A DNA stretch of 64,000 nt from the NCBI GenBank assembly GCA_964449435.1, contig CAYUYR010000008.1, forward strand, positions 6,038 through 70,037, in the 5' to 3' direction. The first letter of the stretch is position 1. Every line of letters begins with the position of its first letter. Made by a program: the position numbers and the translations under genes. Shown in pieces: positions 54,238 through 64,000 of this stretch. This stretch comes from an uncultured Planctomycetaceae bacterium (GTDB lineage Bacteria > Planctomycetota > Phycisphaerae > Sedimentisphaerales > UBA12454). Below the pieces are notes generated by a model. It was not told the origin of the DNA, did not search any database, and saw only the letters and a list, made by a program, of their open reading frames with translations.

Positions 54238-54783
54238 ATGTCAAAACCGAAAATCGCAACAGCATCGCTGGCAGGCTGCTTCGGCTGCCATATGTCGCTT
54301 CTCGATATTGACGAGCGGATTCTCAAGCTCATCGAGCTTGTCGATTTCGACAAATCTCCCATCGACGACATAAAGGAATTCACCGGCAGATGCGCCGTCG
54401 GGCTTATCGAGGGCGGCTGCGCGAACGAGGAAAACGTTCACGTTCTTCAGGAATTCCGCAAACACTGCGATATTCTCGTTGCCGTCGGCGATTGCGCAAT
54501 TATGGGCGATATACCGGCGATGAGAAATAATATCCCGCTGAAAGAATGTCTCGAAGAGGCGTACCTTAACGGGCCTACCGTTCACAATCCGGAAAAAGTA
54601 ATACCGAACGATAAGGAACTGCCACTATGTCTGGACAGGGTTTATCCGTGTCATGAGGTTGTGAAAATCGATTATTCGCTGCCGGGCTGTCCGCCGAATG
54701 CGGATATTATCTGGCAGGCGGTCGTAGCGATTTTGACTAATAAACCGCTCGATTTGCCTTATGAACTGATAAAATACGATTAA
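54238..54783 (+). CDS. hoxY: [NiFe] hydrogenase small subunit HoxY
   Basis: 181 aa with ASLAGCFGCHMSLLD, GDCAIMG and LPGCPP. Confidence 0.9.
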   Translation: MSKPKIATASLAGCFGCHMSLLDIDERILKLIELVDFDKSPIDDIKEFTGRCAVGLIEGGCANEENVHVLQEFRKHCDILVAVGDCAIMGDIPAMRNNIPLKECLEEAYLNGPTVHNPEKVIPNDKELPLCLDRVYPCHEVVKIDYSLPGCPPNADIIWQAVVAILTNKPLDLPYELIKYD

Positions 54784-54803
54784 TCCATTTTGGAGTACCA
54801 AAA

Positions 54804-56240
54804 GTGAGTAACAGTAAAAGAGTCATAATAGAACCGGTAACCAGAGTCGAGGGCCACGGCAAAGTCTCCCTGCTGCTGGACAAAAACAACAAGGTCAAGC
54901 AGGCAAGATTTCACGTCGTTGAATTTCGCGGCTTCGAAAGATTCATTCAGGGCAGACCCTATTGGGAAATACCCGTCCTTGTTCAGAGACTTTGCGGGAT
55001 TTGTCCGGTCAGCCATCATTTGGCGGCGGCAAAAGCGATGGACCAAATCGTCGGCGCCGACAAATTAACGCCGACCGCTGAAAAAATGCGACGCCTGATG
55101 CACTACGGCCAGATGTTCCAGTCGCACGCATTGCATTTCTTCCACCTCTGCTCGCCGGATTTGCTTTTCGGCTTTGACGCAGACCCGAAAATCAGAAACG
55201 TTATCGGCGTCGCCGCCAAATATCCCGAACTCGCCGTTCAGGGCGTTATGATGAGAAAATATGGACAGGAAATCATCAAGGCAACGGCAGGCAAGAAAAT
55301 CCACGGCACAGGAGCGATACCGGGCGGAATAAATAAAAACCTTTCAATCGCTGAAAGAGATAGTTTTCTCAAAGATATCAAGCAGATGCTTGACTGGTCG
55401 AGAAGCGCACTGAAAATCGCAAAAAATTATACCGTCGAGAATCTCGAAAAACTTACGCCGTTCGCGTCTTTCGATTCCAACCACCTGAGTCTTATCCGCA
55501 GCGACGGCGCGATGGACCTTTATCACGGCAATCTGCGGGCAATTACCGCCGACGGCGAGAAAATATTCGACCAGGTAGATTATACAAACTACCTCGATTA
55601 TATCGGCGAAGAAGTAAAATCGTGGTCTTATATGAAATTCCCGTTTATTAAATCGCTCGGCCCGCAAAACGGCTGGTATCGTGTCGGCCCGCTGGCGAGA
55701 ATAAATACCTGCGATTTCATCGACACCCCCGAAGCTGAAGCGGCAAGAAAAGAGTTTATGGCTGTTACGAGCGGAAAACCGAACAATATTACGATGGCCT
55801 ACCATTGGGCAAGAATGATTGAAACTCTGCACGCGGCAGAAAAAATAAACGAACTTTTGAACGACAAAGACCTGCAGGGCACCGACCTTGTGGTAAAGGG
55901 CAAACGCAGAAGCGAAGGTATCGGCCTTTTAGAGGCCCCGCGAGGCACATTGTTCCATCATTACAAAATTAACGATGACGACCAGATTGTTATGGCAAAC
56001 CTTATCGTATCGACGACAAACAATAATGAACCATTCAATAGAGCTGTTCAGAAAGTCGCGGCAGACCATATAGACGGTGTGCCGGAAATCACCGAAGGAC
56101 TTTTAAATCATATCGAAGTCGCGATAAGAGCTTATGACCCGTGTTTGTCCTGCGCTACGCACGCGATGGGAAAAATGCCTTTGAAAGTTTCTCTTTTCGA
56201 TGAGCAGGGCAACGAGATAGCGAGCAGAACGAAAGAATGA
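54804..56240 (+). CDS. hoxH: [NiFe] hydrogenase large subunit HoxH (group 3d-like)
   Basis: GTG start. RVEGHGKV, the N-terminal Ni-binding motif RLCGICPVSHH and the C-terminal DPCLSCATHAMG. Confidence 0.95.
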   Translation: MSNSKRVIIEPVTRVEGHGKVSLLLDKNNKVKQARFHVVEFRGFERFIQGRPYWEIPVLVQRLCGICPVSHHLAAAKAMDQIVGADKLTPTAEKMRRLMHYGQMFQSHALHFFHLCSPDLLFGFDADPKIRNVIGVAAKYPELAVQGVMMRKYGQEIIKATAGKKIHGTGAIPGGINKNLSIAERDSFLKDIKQMLDWSRSALKIAKNYTVENLEKLTPFASFDSNHLSLIRSDGAMDLYHGNLRAITADGEKIFDQVDYTNYLDYIGEEVKSWSYMKFPFIKSLGPQNGWYRVGPLARINTCDFIDTPEAEAARKEFMAVTSGKPNNITMAYHWARMIETLHAAEKINELLNDKDLQGTDLVVKGKRRSEGIGLLEAPRGTLFHHYKINDDDQIVMANLIVSTTNNNEPFNRAVQKVAADHIDGVPEITEGLLNHIEVAIRAYDPCLSCATHAMGKMPLKVSLFDEQGNEIASRTKE

Positions 56241-56725
56241 CGGTAAAAACTGAAAAAATCCTGTTAATTGGTTTCGGCAATCCGGCAAGAGGCGACGACG
56301 GCCTTGGCCCTGCCCTTGCTGAAGCGATTGAAGCTAAAAATATCGCCGGCGTTACTGTCGATACCGATTACCAATTAACCGTCGAAGATTCCGCTCGAGT
56401 TGCCGAGCACAATATCGTTATTTTCGCCGACGCCTCGATAAACGGGCCGGAGCCTTTCAGTTTCGAGCCTCTCGATGCGAAAGAATACGACAGTTTTTCA
56501 AGCCACAGCGTCGAACCGGCACAAGTTCTGGCTCTTGCTGAAAATTTATTCAACTCAAAGGCGGCAGGATATATTCTCGGAATTCGCGGATATGAATTCG
56601 ACGACTTCGGGACGCCGATTTCGGAAAAAGCGAAGGCTAATCTGGAAAAAGCAGTTGATTTTATCGGGAAATTGCTGAAAACTAAAAATTTTGATAAACC
56701 GAAAAAAACTATTGCCTATCTTTAA
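56237..56725 (+). CDS. hoxW: Hydrogenase maturation endopeptidase HoxW
   Basis: ATGA overlap with hoxH. ILLIGFGNPARGDDGLG motif. Confidence 0.85.
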   Translation: MTVKTEKILLIGFGNPARGDDGLGPALAEAIEAKNIAGVTVDTDYQLTVEDSARVAEHNIVIFADASINGPEPFSFEPLDAKEYDSFSSHSVEPAQVLALAENLFNSKAAGYILGIRGYEFDDFGTPISEKAKANLEKAVDFIGKLLKTKNFDKPKKTIAYL

Positions 56726-56737
56726 AGGAGCTTTCAA

Positions 56738-57112
56738 ATGCAGGACGGTAAATACGTAATTTTGACAATCGACGATGACGCGGATTTTCTGGCGGCTATG
56801 CGAATGGTTATCGAGGGCAGCGGTTATATTATGGCCGAGGCGAAGAGCGCAGAAGAAGGTCTGAACGTTTACAAAAAGACGAATCCAGACCTGATTCTTG
56901 TCGATTTGATGATGGAAGAAATCGATTCCGGCACAAGTTTCGTTAAGGAACTAAGACTCCTGGACAACAAAGCTCCCGTATATCTTCTAAGCGCCGCCGG
57001 CGACGAGATGGCCGACAATATCGATTACGCTCAATTCGGTTTTGCGGGTGTATTTCAAAAACCGATTAAAAATGAACGGCTGCTGAACGTAATAAAGGCC
57101 AAACTTAAATAG
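56738..57112 (+). CDS. Stand-alone CheY-like receiver domain protein
   Basis: 124 aa with ILTIDDDADF, LILVDLMM and FQKPI. Confidence 0.85.
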   Translation: MQDGKYVILTIDDDADFLAAMRMVIEGSGYIMAEAKSAEEGLNVYKKTNPDLILVDLMMEEIDSGTSFVKELRLLDNKAPVYLLSAAGDEMADNIDYAQFGFAGVFQKPIKNERLLNVIKAKLK

Positions 57113-57120
57113 ATTTTCGC

Positions 57121-59082
57121 CTAATCGGCAACAACTTCGAGCCTGCATTCTTCTATCGCTGACAGAAATTCCCTGCCGTAGTTTTTTCGGACAATCCTGC
57201 TGTCGAGCACCGCGATTATTCCCGTGTCGGTTTTGCTGCGTATCAGTCTGCCGAAACCCTGCTTGAATTTTATAACCGCCTGCGGAAGCTGATATTCGAA
57301 AAACGGATTTTGCCCCTGCGCCTTTATATGCTCGATTCTTCCCTCGATTAGCGGATGAGTCGGCACGGCAAAAGGCAGTTTGACAATTATAACATTACTC
57401 AAAGCCTGGCCCGGCACATCGACCCCCTGCCAAAAACTGTCTGTGCCGAACAGTACGCTGCCCCTGTCCATTTTAAATTGCCTCAAAAGCTCCGTTCTGT
57501 TAATCGGCCCGCCGTGTACGAGCAGCTCGATATTATTTTCGCCGAACCAGTCGGAAAGCATATTTGCGACCGTTTCGAGCATCTGATAGCTCGTAAAAAG
57601 CACGAACGCCCTGCCGCCGGTCAGTTTCACATATTTTTTGATTTTTTCCGCCGCCGCCTCTGTAAAAGCCGAACTGTCGGGCAAAGGCATATCAGGCTCG
57701 ATGTACATCGTAACCTGTCTTTGATAATCGAAAGGAGAGCCGAGCCGCAAAGGCTTAAACTTTTCAAGCCCAACCCTCTGTGCAAAGAACCCGAAACCAC
57801 TCGCATCGCCTTTATTGTTACAGCACAGCGTAGCGCTTGTTAGAATTACGGACTCGAATTTATCGAACAGACATTGTTTTATATTCGCCGCGGGATTGAG
57901 CGGCGCGCTTCGCAGCGATGCCGCCTTTTTCCTGAATTTGTCCGAAACCTCAATCCAATACACGTTTTCCTCATTCGAGCAATCCAGAAAATCCTGCAAA
58001 TCGGCCTGTAAAACCATCAGTAAATCGGAAAAGCGAAAAAGCTCGAAACGTTCATCCTCGTCATCGGTTTTCTTTATAAGTCCTGTAATTTCAAGCCGCA
58101 GATTTTTTAACGGTTCGGTTATGGTATCCTCTGCAAATTTTTTTCTGACCCTGCCGCTGCCGTTGTTGTTTTTGTACCATTGCATCGCGCAATCGAAAAA
58201 GTTTTCCGATTCTTTTTCGCATAATTTCACAAGCTCAACCGCTTTGGTATGCCCTGTGCCGGCAAAAAAACCTTTTTTCGTACTCGAATTATAAAGACTT
58301 CGCAGCAGAAAATTTACCCGCCATTGACTTATATCGAGCCCGAAATGCTCCTGCGCGACATTTTCAATATTATGAGCTTCGTCTATTATCACGAATTTAT
58401 AATCGGGCAAAATCGAGGTCTTCTGCCGTCTTAATACGAGGTCGCTGAACAAAAGGGCGTGATTTGCCACGATAATATCGGCGGTCTGAAGCCTTCGACG
58501 GCTCCTCCAATAGAAACATTTGTTAAAATGCACGCATTTTCTGCCTTTGCAGTTGCCGTGCTCGCTTTTTACCGCACCGATTACCTGCGACGAAGGAACA
58601 AACCCGAGTTCGCTGAACAGACCTTCTTTACTTTGCGGCGCCCATTCGCTTATACGCAAAAGTTCTTCCGTCGCCGAATCGAAAAGCCCCTGCTGTTTTC
58701 TTCTGGCAAATTCGAGCCTTCTCAAACATACGAAATTATTTCGTCCACGCGCAAGAGCCGCCTCGAAACATCCGCCGAGCGCCTTTGCAAGAAACGGAAT
58801 ATCCTTATTGACTAATTGTTCCTGAAGAGTGATTGTATAAGTGCTGATTAGGACTTTGCATTTCTGCTGTTTTGCCGCTTGAACCGCCCCCACAAGATAC
58901 GCAAAACTTTTGCCGATACCCGTACCTGCCTCGACAGCAAGATGATAATGTTTTTTTAACGCATCCTGCACGGCCTCGGCCATTTGCCGTTGCTGGGGCC
59001 TGTCCTCGTAATCCGAAAAACAGTCGGATAATAGACCCTGCTCGCCGAAAATCCCTTTTGTATTAAAATCGTCAATCTTCAA
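57121..59082 (-). CDS. dinG: DinG/XPD-family ATP-dependent DNA helicase (Fe-S type)
   Basis: 653 aa with Walker A AGTGIGKSFAYL, DEAH box VIIDEAHNI and the Cys cluster CLRRL...NCKGRKCVHFNKC. Confidence 0.85.
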   Translation of the reverse strand: MKIDDFNTKGIFGEQGLLSDCFSDYEDRPQQRQMAEAVQDALKKHYHLAVEAGTGIGKSFAYLVGAVQAAKQQKCKVLISTYTITLQEQLVNKDIPFLAKALGGCFEAALARGRNNFVCLRRLEFARRKQQGLFDSATEELLRISEWAPQSKEGLFSELGFVPSSQVIGAVKSEHGNCKGRKCVHFNKCFYWRSRRRLQTADIIVANHALLFSDLVLRRQKTSILPDYKFVIIDEAHNIENVAQEHFGLDISQWRVNFLLRSLYNSSTKKGFFAGTGHTKAVELVKLCEKESENFFDCAMQWYKNNNGSGRVRKKFAEDTITEPLKNLRLEITGLIKKTDDEDERFELFRFSDLLMVLQADLQDFLDCSNEENVYWIEVSDKFRKKAASLRSAPLNPAANIKQCLFDKFESVILTSATLCCNNKGDASGFGFFAQRVGLEKFKPLRLGSPFDYQRQVTMYIEPDMPLPDSSAFTEAAAEKIKKYVKLTGGRAFVLFTSYQMLETVANMLSDWFGENNIELLVHGGPINRTELLRQFKMDRGSVLFGTDSFWQGVDVPGQALSNVIIVKLPFAVPTHPLIEGRIEHIKAQGQNPFFEYQLPQAVIKFKQGFGRLIRSKTDTGIIAVLDSRIVRKNYGREFLSAIEECRLEVVAD

Positions 59083-59092
59083 TCTTAATTTT

Positions 59093-60523
59093 TCAATTGT
59101 TCTCTATCGCCTGTTTGAGTACCCTTACAGCTTCGCTGTCAGGCAGTTTTTGGGCCGAAAAATTTATCGCCCCCAATGCGAGGCCGTCATTGCCGAGTTG
59201 GTGATAAATATACGCGAGTAAAAAGCTAAGCTCCGGCGAGTCCGTTCTGTCAATCCACGTTTTAATATCGGCTATTCTGCTTTCGAGCCTGTCTTTGTCG
59301 GGTATCATAGCGTTAAGGTCTATTTTGAATTTCACATATTCAGGGAAAATATTTAAAGCCGCGGCCAGATAATATGCGCTGCTCATATATTCGCCGCTCG
59401 CGAATAATGCGTGCGCTCTGCCTGCGTGAGCCAGCGGGTCCTGCGGCTTATATATACTTGCAACCGTATAAGCGTCTGCGGCGCGATAATACTGACCCTG
59501 CTGTAAAAATTCTTCCGCTGATTTCATATAATAATTAAACTTATCTTCCGTCTGCGCGGCAAACGTCCTGTGTACGCCCACAATCGCCTCGGCAGTCTCC
59601 TTCTCTATTATCGAAAGGTCGCTCTGCATTCCGCCGACATTGGCGTCTGTAATTGCGCCGATTCGAGATTCTTTTTCGTCTTCGGCCTTCTGGTCTTCTG
59701 CAGCAGCCTTAGTCTCACCTTCCTTAATTTCTTCGAGCATCTGCTCATAAACACTTTTCGCTTTGGAGACATCTTCCCGCATTTGTCCGGGCTTGAGCGG
59801 CTCGGCAGGCTCAAAAGAGCGTTCAATCGGCTTCATCGGCTCCGGCTTTGAAAGCATATCCTTATCTTCCTGCTGAATTTGTTCCGTCGGCTGCAATGTG
59901 TCTTGTTTGTCTTTGGCCGCCTTATCCAGAGCGTCAATTAAATCCTGCTGTTTTTTACTGCGCATCAAATCATAATCGACAACCCTTTCGAGGTCGGCAG
60001 GCTTATACGATAAAGGCCTTGCAAGATTATACTCATAAAGCGGCGAAGCCGCCGGCGGAGCAGTTTTGCCCTCTACTTTTGCTATCTCGGGAACGGCAAA
60101 CTCGCCGCTGCCTTTAGTTTCCCTTACAGACGGATAAGAAACCAGCCCTGACACTCCGCCCCTTGTCATCGAACTTACCGTAGCCGAAGGCAGATAATAC
60201 GGCTGCGGCGAGGTTTGCCTCCTGCTGATATCGAGTGGAGCCGACCGTCTCAAAAACGAACTTATATCGCTGCTGCCGACATCGGCGCCGAATTCTGTCG
60301 TCGAACGGTAAGGCACAAGACCGCGAAACTCCATTCCGCCCCGAACGTTGCCCGTAACCACAAGATTTCCGCTCGTGTCTATGGGACTGGGAGACCTCCT
60401 TAGTCCGCTTTGAGTGCTGCTCGGCGGCACTGTCGGGTCGCCTATCGGGCTTTGAAGTGCCAAACAAACCGCACAAAAAATCTGAATAACAAAAAATACC
60501 TTTATTAAATTATACCTTTTCAC
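59093..60523 (-). CDS. Secreted protein with C-terminal TPR-like repeats, function unknown
   Basis: GTG start. Signal-like N-terminus (VFFVIQIFCAVCLA). The middle is disordered and Pro/Glu-rich. The C-terminus is TPR-like (GQYYRAADAYTVASIYKPQDPLAHAGRAHALFASGEY). Confidence 0.65.
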   Translation of the reverse strand: MKRYNLIKVFFVIQIFCAVCLALQSPIGDPTVPPSSTQSGLRRSPSPIDTSGNLVVTGNVRGGMEFRGLVPYRSTTEFGADVGSSDISSFLRRSAPLDISRRQTSPQPYYLPSATVSSMTRGGVSGLVSYPSVRETKGSGEFAVPEIAKVEGKTAPPAASPLYEYNLARPLSYKPADLERVVDYDLMRSKKQQDLIDALDKAAKDKQDTLQPTEQIQQEDKDMLSKPEPMKPIERSFEPAEPLKPGQMREDVSKAKSVYEQMLEEIKEGETKAAAEDQKAEDEKESRIGAITDANVGGMQSDLSIIEKETAEAIVGVHRTFAAQTEDKFNYYMKSAEEFLQQGQYYRAADAYTVASIYKPQDPLAHAGRAHALFASGEYMSSAYYLAAALNIFPEYVKFKIDLNAMIPDKDRLESRIADIKTWIDRTDSPELSFLLAYIYHQLGNDGLALGAINFSAQKLPDSEAVRVLKQAIENN

Positions 60524-60544
60524 CTTTTACCTCTTCTTCGTAAA

Positions 60545-61408
60545 TTATTTTCTTTTATATTTAGGCTTTTGCGCCCAATTCATTTTGCCCGCAAGTGTAT
60601 CCCACTGTGTATACAGAGGATTGTTTACCACAAGAAACGAGCCTTTATGCTTTTCGACCGTAATAATATCTTCGCGTTTAAGTTCGCTGAATATTTGTCC
60701 ATCCAGTATTACAGTTGTGCCTTCATTAACTCTCTGCGGACGTATTTCAATTTTGCTGTCGGCATTTATCACTATCGGCCTGAAACTCAGCGTATGCGGA
60801 CACATCGGCGTAATTACTATCGCTGAAAGATTGGCAGACAGTATCGGCCCGCCCGCTGAAAGATTATAAGCCGTAGAACCTGTCGGCGTCGATATTATAA
60901 TTCCATCGCTTACACAGTCCGCAAGATTCTGGCCGCGAACCGCTATCTTTAAATCCACCATATTAAAACGCGGACCGGCGTTTATAACGATATCGTTTAT
61001 CGCCGTAGAGACAAGTTTCTCTTTTCCCTGACTGCCGACAGTGCACTTAAGCATCATTCTTTTTTCTACCAGCTCTTTGTCGGTTGTAACCCTGTCGAAA
61101 AGCTGTTTGAGCTGGTCGAGACTGAACTCGGCCAGAAATCCGAGTCTGCCGACGTTTACTCCGATAACCGGCACATTAATTTCGCTCAAATCCCGCGCCG
61201 CAGAAAGGATTGTGCCGTCGCCTCCGAAAACGATTGCAAAATCAGCTTCTTTGGCGACATTATCGATGCAGTCTCCGCGAAAGCAGTTGGCAAGTATCTG
61301 CGCCTTGCCGGCCGCGAATTTCGTAAACTCATCTATCGCCTCGGCCACAAAATCACGCCGAGCGTCGCCAAAAATTATCAGCTTAGATTTTCGGTCTGCC
61401 TTAACCAT
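60545..61408 (-). CDS. nadK: NAD(+) kinase
   Basis: 287 aa with FGGDGTILSAAR and the TPTGSTAYNLSAGGP motif. Confidence 0.9.
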   Translation of the reverse strand: MVKADRKSKLIIFGDARRDFVAEAIDEFTKFAAGKAQILANCFRGDCIDNVAKEADFAIVFGGDGTILSAARDLSEINVPVIGVNVGRLGFLAEFSLDQLKQLFDRVTTDKELVEKRMMLKCTVGSQGKEKLVSTAINDIVINAGPRFNMVDLKIAVRGQNLADCVSDGIIISTPTGSTAYNLSAGGPILSANLSAIVITPMCPHTLSFRPIVINADSKIEIRPQRVNEGTTVILDGQIFSELKREDIITVEKHKGSFLVVNNPLYTQWDTLAGKMNWAQKPKYKRK

Positions 61409-61424
61409 CGTCTTTCCCCAAAAT

Positions 61425-63308
61425 TCAACGTGCCTTCATAATCTTTTTTACAGCGTCAGCGATACCTTCTGCGCCGATACCCAAACCGGCTATCTGGGCG
61501 GCTCTTTTATCGCGCTGTACGAACTTATCGCCTACGCCCAATATCCTGATTTTTGAAACATCCGCTCCGGCCCCGGCAGCCGCTTCAAGAACCGCCGAGC
61601 CGAAACCGCCTGCTATCGAATGATCTTCAACGGTTATTATACTATTATCGGTCTTTAATAACGAAACAATTTTTTCGTCGAGCGGTTTAGCGAATCTGGC
61701 GTTTATAACGGTTATATCGATATTATCGGCTTTAAGGCTTTCGGCGGCCTGTAAAGCCTCATTTACGATGCTTCCGTAGGCTATAACGACTATTTTATCT
61801 TTCCCATTTTTTGCAATTACGCTTCTTCCGAGCTCGAAAGGCTGCGAAAAAATTTCAGGACAAATATCGTCATTAACTTCTTCTTTAGGATATCTTATCG
61901 CCACAGGACTCTTCGATTCAGCGGCAAAACGCATCGCAAGTTCGAGCTCGACGCCGTTTGCCGGTGCGATAAGAATCATATTCGGAATCATCCGCAAAAA
62001 ACCTATATCCATAAGCCCGTGATGAGTAGGCCCGTCGGCGCCGACCAGGCCCGCTCTGTCTATGCAGAATATGACCGGCAAATTTTGCAATGCGACTTCC
62101 TGAAATATCTGGTCGAAACATCTTTGGAGAAATGTCGAATAAATACACACAAAAGGTCTAATGCCCGTCTTGGCCTGCCCTGCCGCGATGTCCACCGCAA
62201 CCGACTCGGCTATTCCGACATCGTAATAACGGGACTCGAATTTCTGCTTGAATTTTGTCAATCCTGTGCCGTCCGACATCGCCGCGGTAATCGCGACGAT
62301 TTTGTCGTTCTCGGCGGCAAGTTTTACAATCGAATCGGAAAATGAGGCTGTAAAACTTTTGCCTGTTGATTTTTCCGATTCGAGTTCGCCGTTGATTTTG
62401 AAAGGCCCCGTGGAATGAAATCTGGTCGGGTCGTCATCGGCAGGACTGAACCCCTTGCCCTTCTTCGTATAAACATGCAGAACGGCAGGCCTGTCAAGAC
62501 CCAACATCGCTTTGAAAATTTCGATAAGTGAACTTATATCGTGGCCGTCAACAGGACCGAAATAAGGAATATTAAGACTTTCAAAAAGCCTGTTCGGCGT
62601 TATCGCCATACGAAGCGTCCGCTTGAACGATTCCAGCGCATCTTCCATCTTTTTGCCGACAAGAGGCGTATGTTCGAGAATTCTGTTCGTTCTCTTGCGT
62701 AAATCCTCGTAAGTATGACTGAGCCTTACCTTCGAGAGAAACTGAGCGATAGCTCCCTGCGAGACGTCAATCGCCATCGAATTATCATTAAGCACAACAA
62801 GAAGCTGTCTTCTGACAAGCCCCATATTATTCAATGCCTCGAAACTCAAACCGTTGACAATGCTCGCATCACCGACAAAGGCGACTATCTTTTCCTGTGT
62901 CTTGAGCTTCTCGGCGGCAAGGGCAAGTCCTATTGCCGTCGGTATCGCCGTACCGGCGTGGCCCACGGTGAACTGGTCGTATTCGCTTTCGTCCGGTGAT
63001 GGGAAACCGCTTATGCCGTCTTTCTGCCTTAACTTTTTGAAAAGCTCTTTTCTGCTTGTAAGTATTTTATGAGCATAACACTGATGGCCGACATCCCAAA
63101 GAAGCCTATCCGTACTGAAATCGAATACATAATGCATCGCAATAGTCAGTTCAATCGCGCCGAGATTGCTGGCAAGATGGCCGCCCGTACAGCTTACGCA
63201 ATGAGTAATAAAATCCCGAACCTCCGCCGCAAGCCTGTTCAACTGCGCGACTGAAAGAGCCTTAATATCCTGCGGCGAATTTATTTTATCGAGTAATTCA
63301 TACTGCAT
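61425..63308 (-). CDS. dxs: 1-deoxy-D-xylulose-5-phosphate synthase
   Basis: Start MQYELLDKINSP (ATG 63308, 4 nt after the ispA stop). GHLASNLGAIELT and the GDASIVNG TPP motif. Confidence 0.95.
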   Translation of the reverse strand: MQYELLDKINSPQDIKALSVAQLNRLAAEVRDFITHCVSCTGGHLASNLGAIELTIAMHYVFDFSTDRLLWDVGHQCYAHKILTSRKELFKKLRQKDGISGFPSPDESEYDQFTVGHAGTAIPTAIGLALAAEKLKTQEKIVAFVGDASIVNGLSFEALNNMGLVRRQLLVVLNDNSMAIDVSQGAIAQFLSKVRLSHTYEDLRKRTNRILEHTPLVGKKMEDALESFKRTLRMAITPNRLFESLNIPYFGPVDGHDISSLIEIFKAMLGLDRPAVLHVYTKKGKGFSPADDDPTRFHSTGPFKINGELESEKSTGKSFTASFSDSIVKLAAENDKIVAITAAMSDGTGLTKFKQKFESRYYDVGIAESVAVDIAAGQAKTGIRPFVCIYSTFLQRCFDQIFQEVALQNLPVIFCIDRAGLVGADGPTHHGLMDIGFLRMIPNMILIAPANGVELELAMRFAAESKSPVAIRYPKEEVNDDICPEIFSQPFELGRSVIAKNGKDKIVVIAYGSIVNEALQAAESLKADNIDITVINARFAKPLDEKIVSLLKTDNSIITVEDHSIAGGFGSAVLEAAAGAGADVSKIRILGVGDKFVQRDKRAAQIAGLGIGAEGIADAVKKIMKAR

Positions 63309-63312
63309 TTTT

Positions 63313-64000
63313 TTATTTCGTCCTGTCAACAAGTGCTAAAGCGAGTTCTTTTAACGCCGCGGCCTTATCGCCGAACGCCTCGAGTATATCCACAGCCTTT
63401 TGAGCAATTTGCCTGGCGTTTTCTTCCGACTTTTCAAGGCCGAAAACAGCCGGATATGTCAATTTGCCCTGTTTTGCGTCTTTGCCCGCTGTTTTGCCGA
63501 GATGACTGCTGGTCGAGCTTACGTCTATTATATCGTCGGCCACCTGAAAACCAAGCCCGAGCGTAAGTCCGAACAAAGCGAGAACTTCCTTCTGTTTTTC
63601 ATCGGCATCGGCTGCTATCGCGCCCAGCAGCGCTGATGCGCGAAACATCTTGGCGGTTTTATTGATATGAATATCGTGAAGCTCTTTGGAGCTATTGCTG
63701 TTATTCTGCGCCGCAAGGTCATTGACCTGCCCTGCTATCATACCCGCAGGCCCGGCGGCCTCGGCCAAAACTTTAATCATCTCAACCGCTTTTTTGGTGT
63801 CGCTTATTTTTGCCGCGATAATTTCAAAAGCCATCGTCAAAAGCGCATCGCCCGCCAGAACGGCCGTCGCCTCATCGAAGGCTTTATGACAGCTCGGCCT
63901 GCCCCTGCGAAAATCGTCATCGTCCATTGCAGGCAAATCATCGTGTACCAGCGAATAAGTATGCACCATTTCTATCGCCGCCGCAGCGTTCAGCGCATCG
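63313..64000 (-). CDS. ispA: Polyprenyl (farnesyl/geranylgeranyl) diphosphate synthase; 5' end beyond window
   Basis: LVHDDLPAMDDDDFRRG (FARM) and GLGFQVADDIID (SARM). The frame remains open to the window edge. Confidence 0.9.
   Translation of the reverse strand, partial: DALNAAAAIEMVHTYSLVHDDLPAMDDDDFRRGRPSCHKAFDEATAVLAGDALLTMAFEIIAAKISDTKKAVEMIKVLAEAAGPAGMIAGQVNDLAAQNNSNSSKELHDIHINKTAKMFRASALLGAIAADADEKQKEVLALFGLTLGLGFQVADDIIDVSSTSSHLGKTAGKDAKQGKLTYPAVFGLEKSEENARQIAQKAVDILEAFGDKAAALKELALALVDRTK

Noticed and set aside
1-64000. tRNA, rRNA, tmRNA, CRISPR arrays, IS elements or transposases
   Set aside because: I inspected all intergenic gaps longer than 80 bp by eye. I saw no T-loop (GGTTCGAATCC-like) motifs, no repeat-spacer arrays and no transposase-like ORFs. 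A covariance-model scan would be needed for certainty.

Overview
This 64-kb chromosomal window most likely comes from a Planctomycetota (Phycisphaerae-like) genome. That placement is an inference from a DUF1559/H-X9-DG-type domain, several ECF sigma modules, LL-diaminopimelate aminotransferase and a giant beta-helix/dockerin/FN3 exoprotein. About three quarters of the window is ordinary core gene content: lipA, prfB (with its programmed +1 frameshift), purB, pyrE, coaC/coaB, rpoZ, gmk, yicC, secG, tpiA, pheA, frr-pyrH-tsf-rpsB, bioF-like, lgt, panDC, folK, dapL, metX/W, nadK, dxs and ispA. I recognised no rRNA, tRNA, CRISPR array, transposase or IS element. Six regions are not ordinary. (1) A roughly 2.4-kb AT-rich islet (2583-4941) holds two tandem, self-contained gene cassettes. 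Each has a near-identical 43-bp consensus-promoter module, its own hairpin terminator and a 3' tail repeat. One cassette encodes an Abi_C-type abortive-infection protein and the other an unrecognisable 308-aa protein. This is the best candidate for an undescribed defence-type system. (2) An 8.8-kb gene (33890-42724) encodes a 2944-aa secreted beta-helix protein with an embedded subtilase, dockerin-like repeats and three FN3-like modules. (3) Immediately downstream is a regulatory locus (43032-48531): a PAS-GAF-PAS histidine kinase, two paralogous REC proteins with an uncharacterised Cys-containing helical output domain that flank a divergent tyrosine recombinase, and an Hpt-like protein lacking the phospho-His. 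(4) Two unusual ECF-related architectures occur: an anti-sigma factor fused to DUF1559, and a membrane protein carrying only sigma region 2 plus CarboxypepD_reg-like domains. (5) A 92-bp nested palindromic element sits in frame inside lipA. (6) A hoxFUYHW NAD-linked [NiFe] hydrogenase operon has structured divergent promoter DNA. All family calls come from motifs read by eye. No database search or numeric computation was run.
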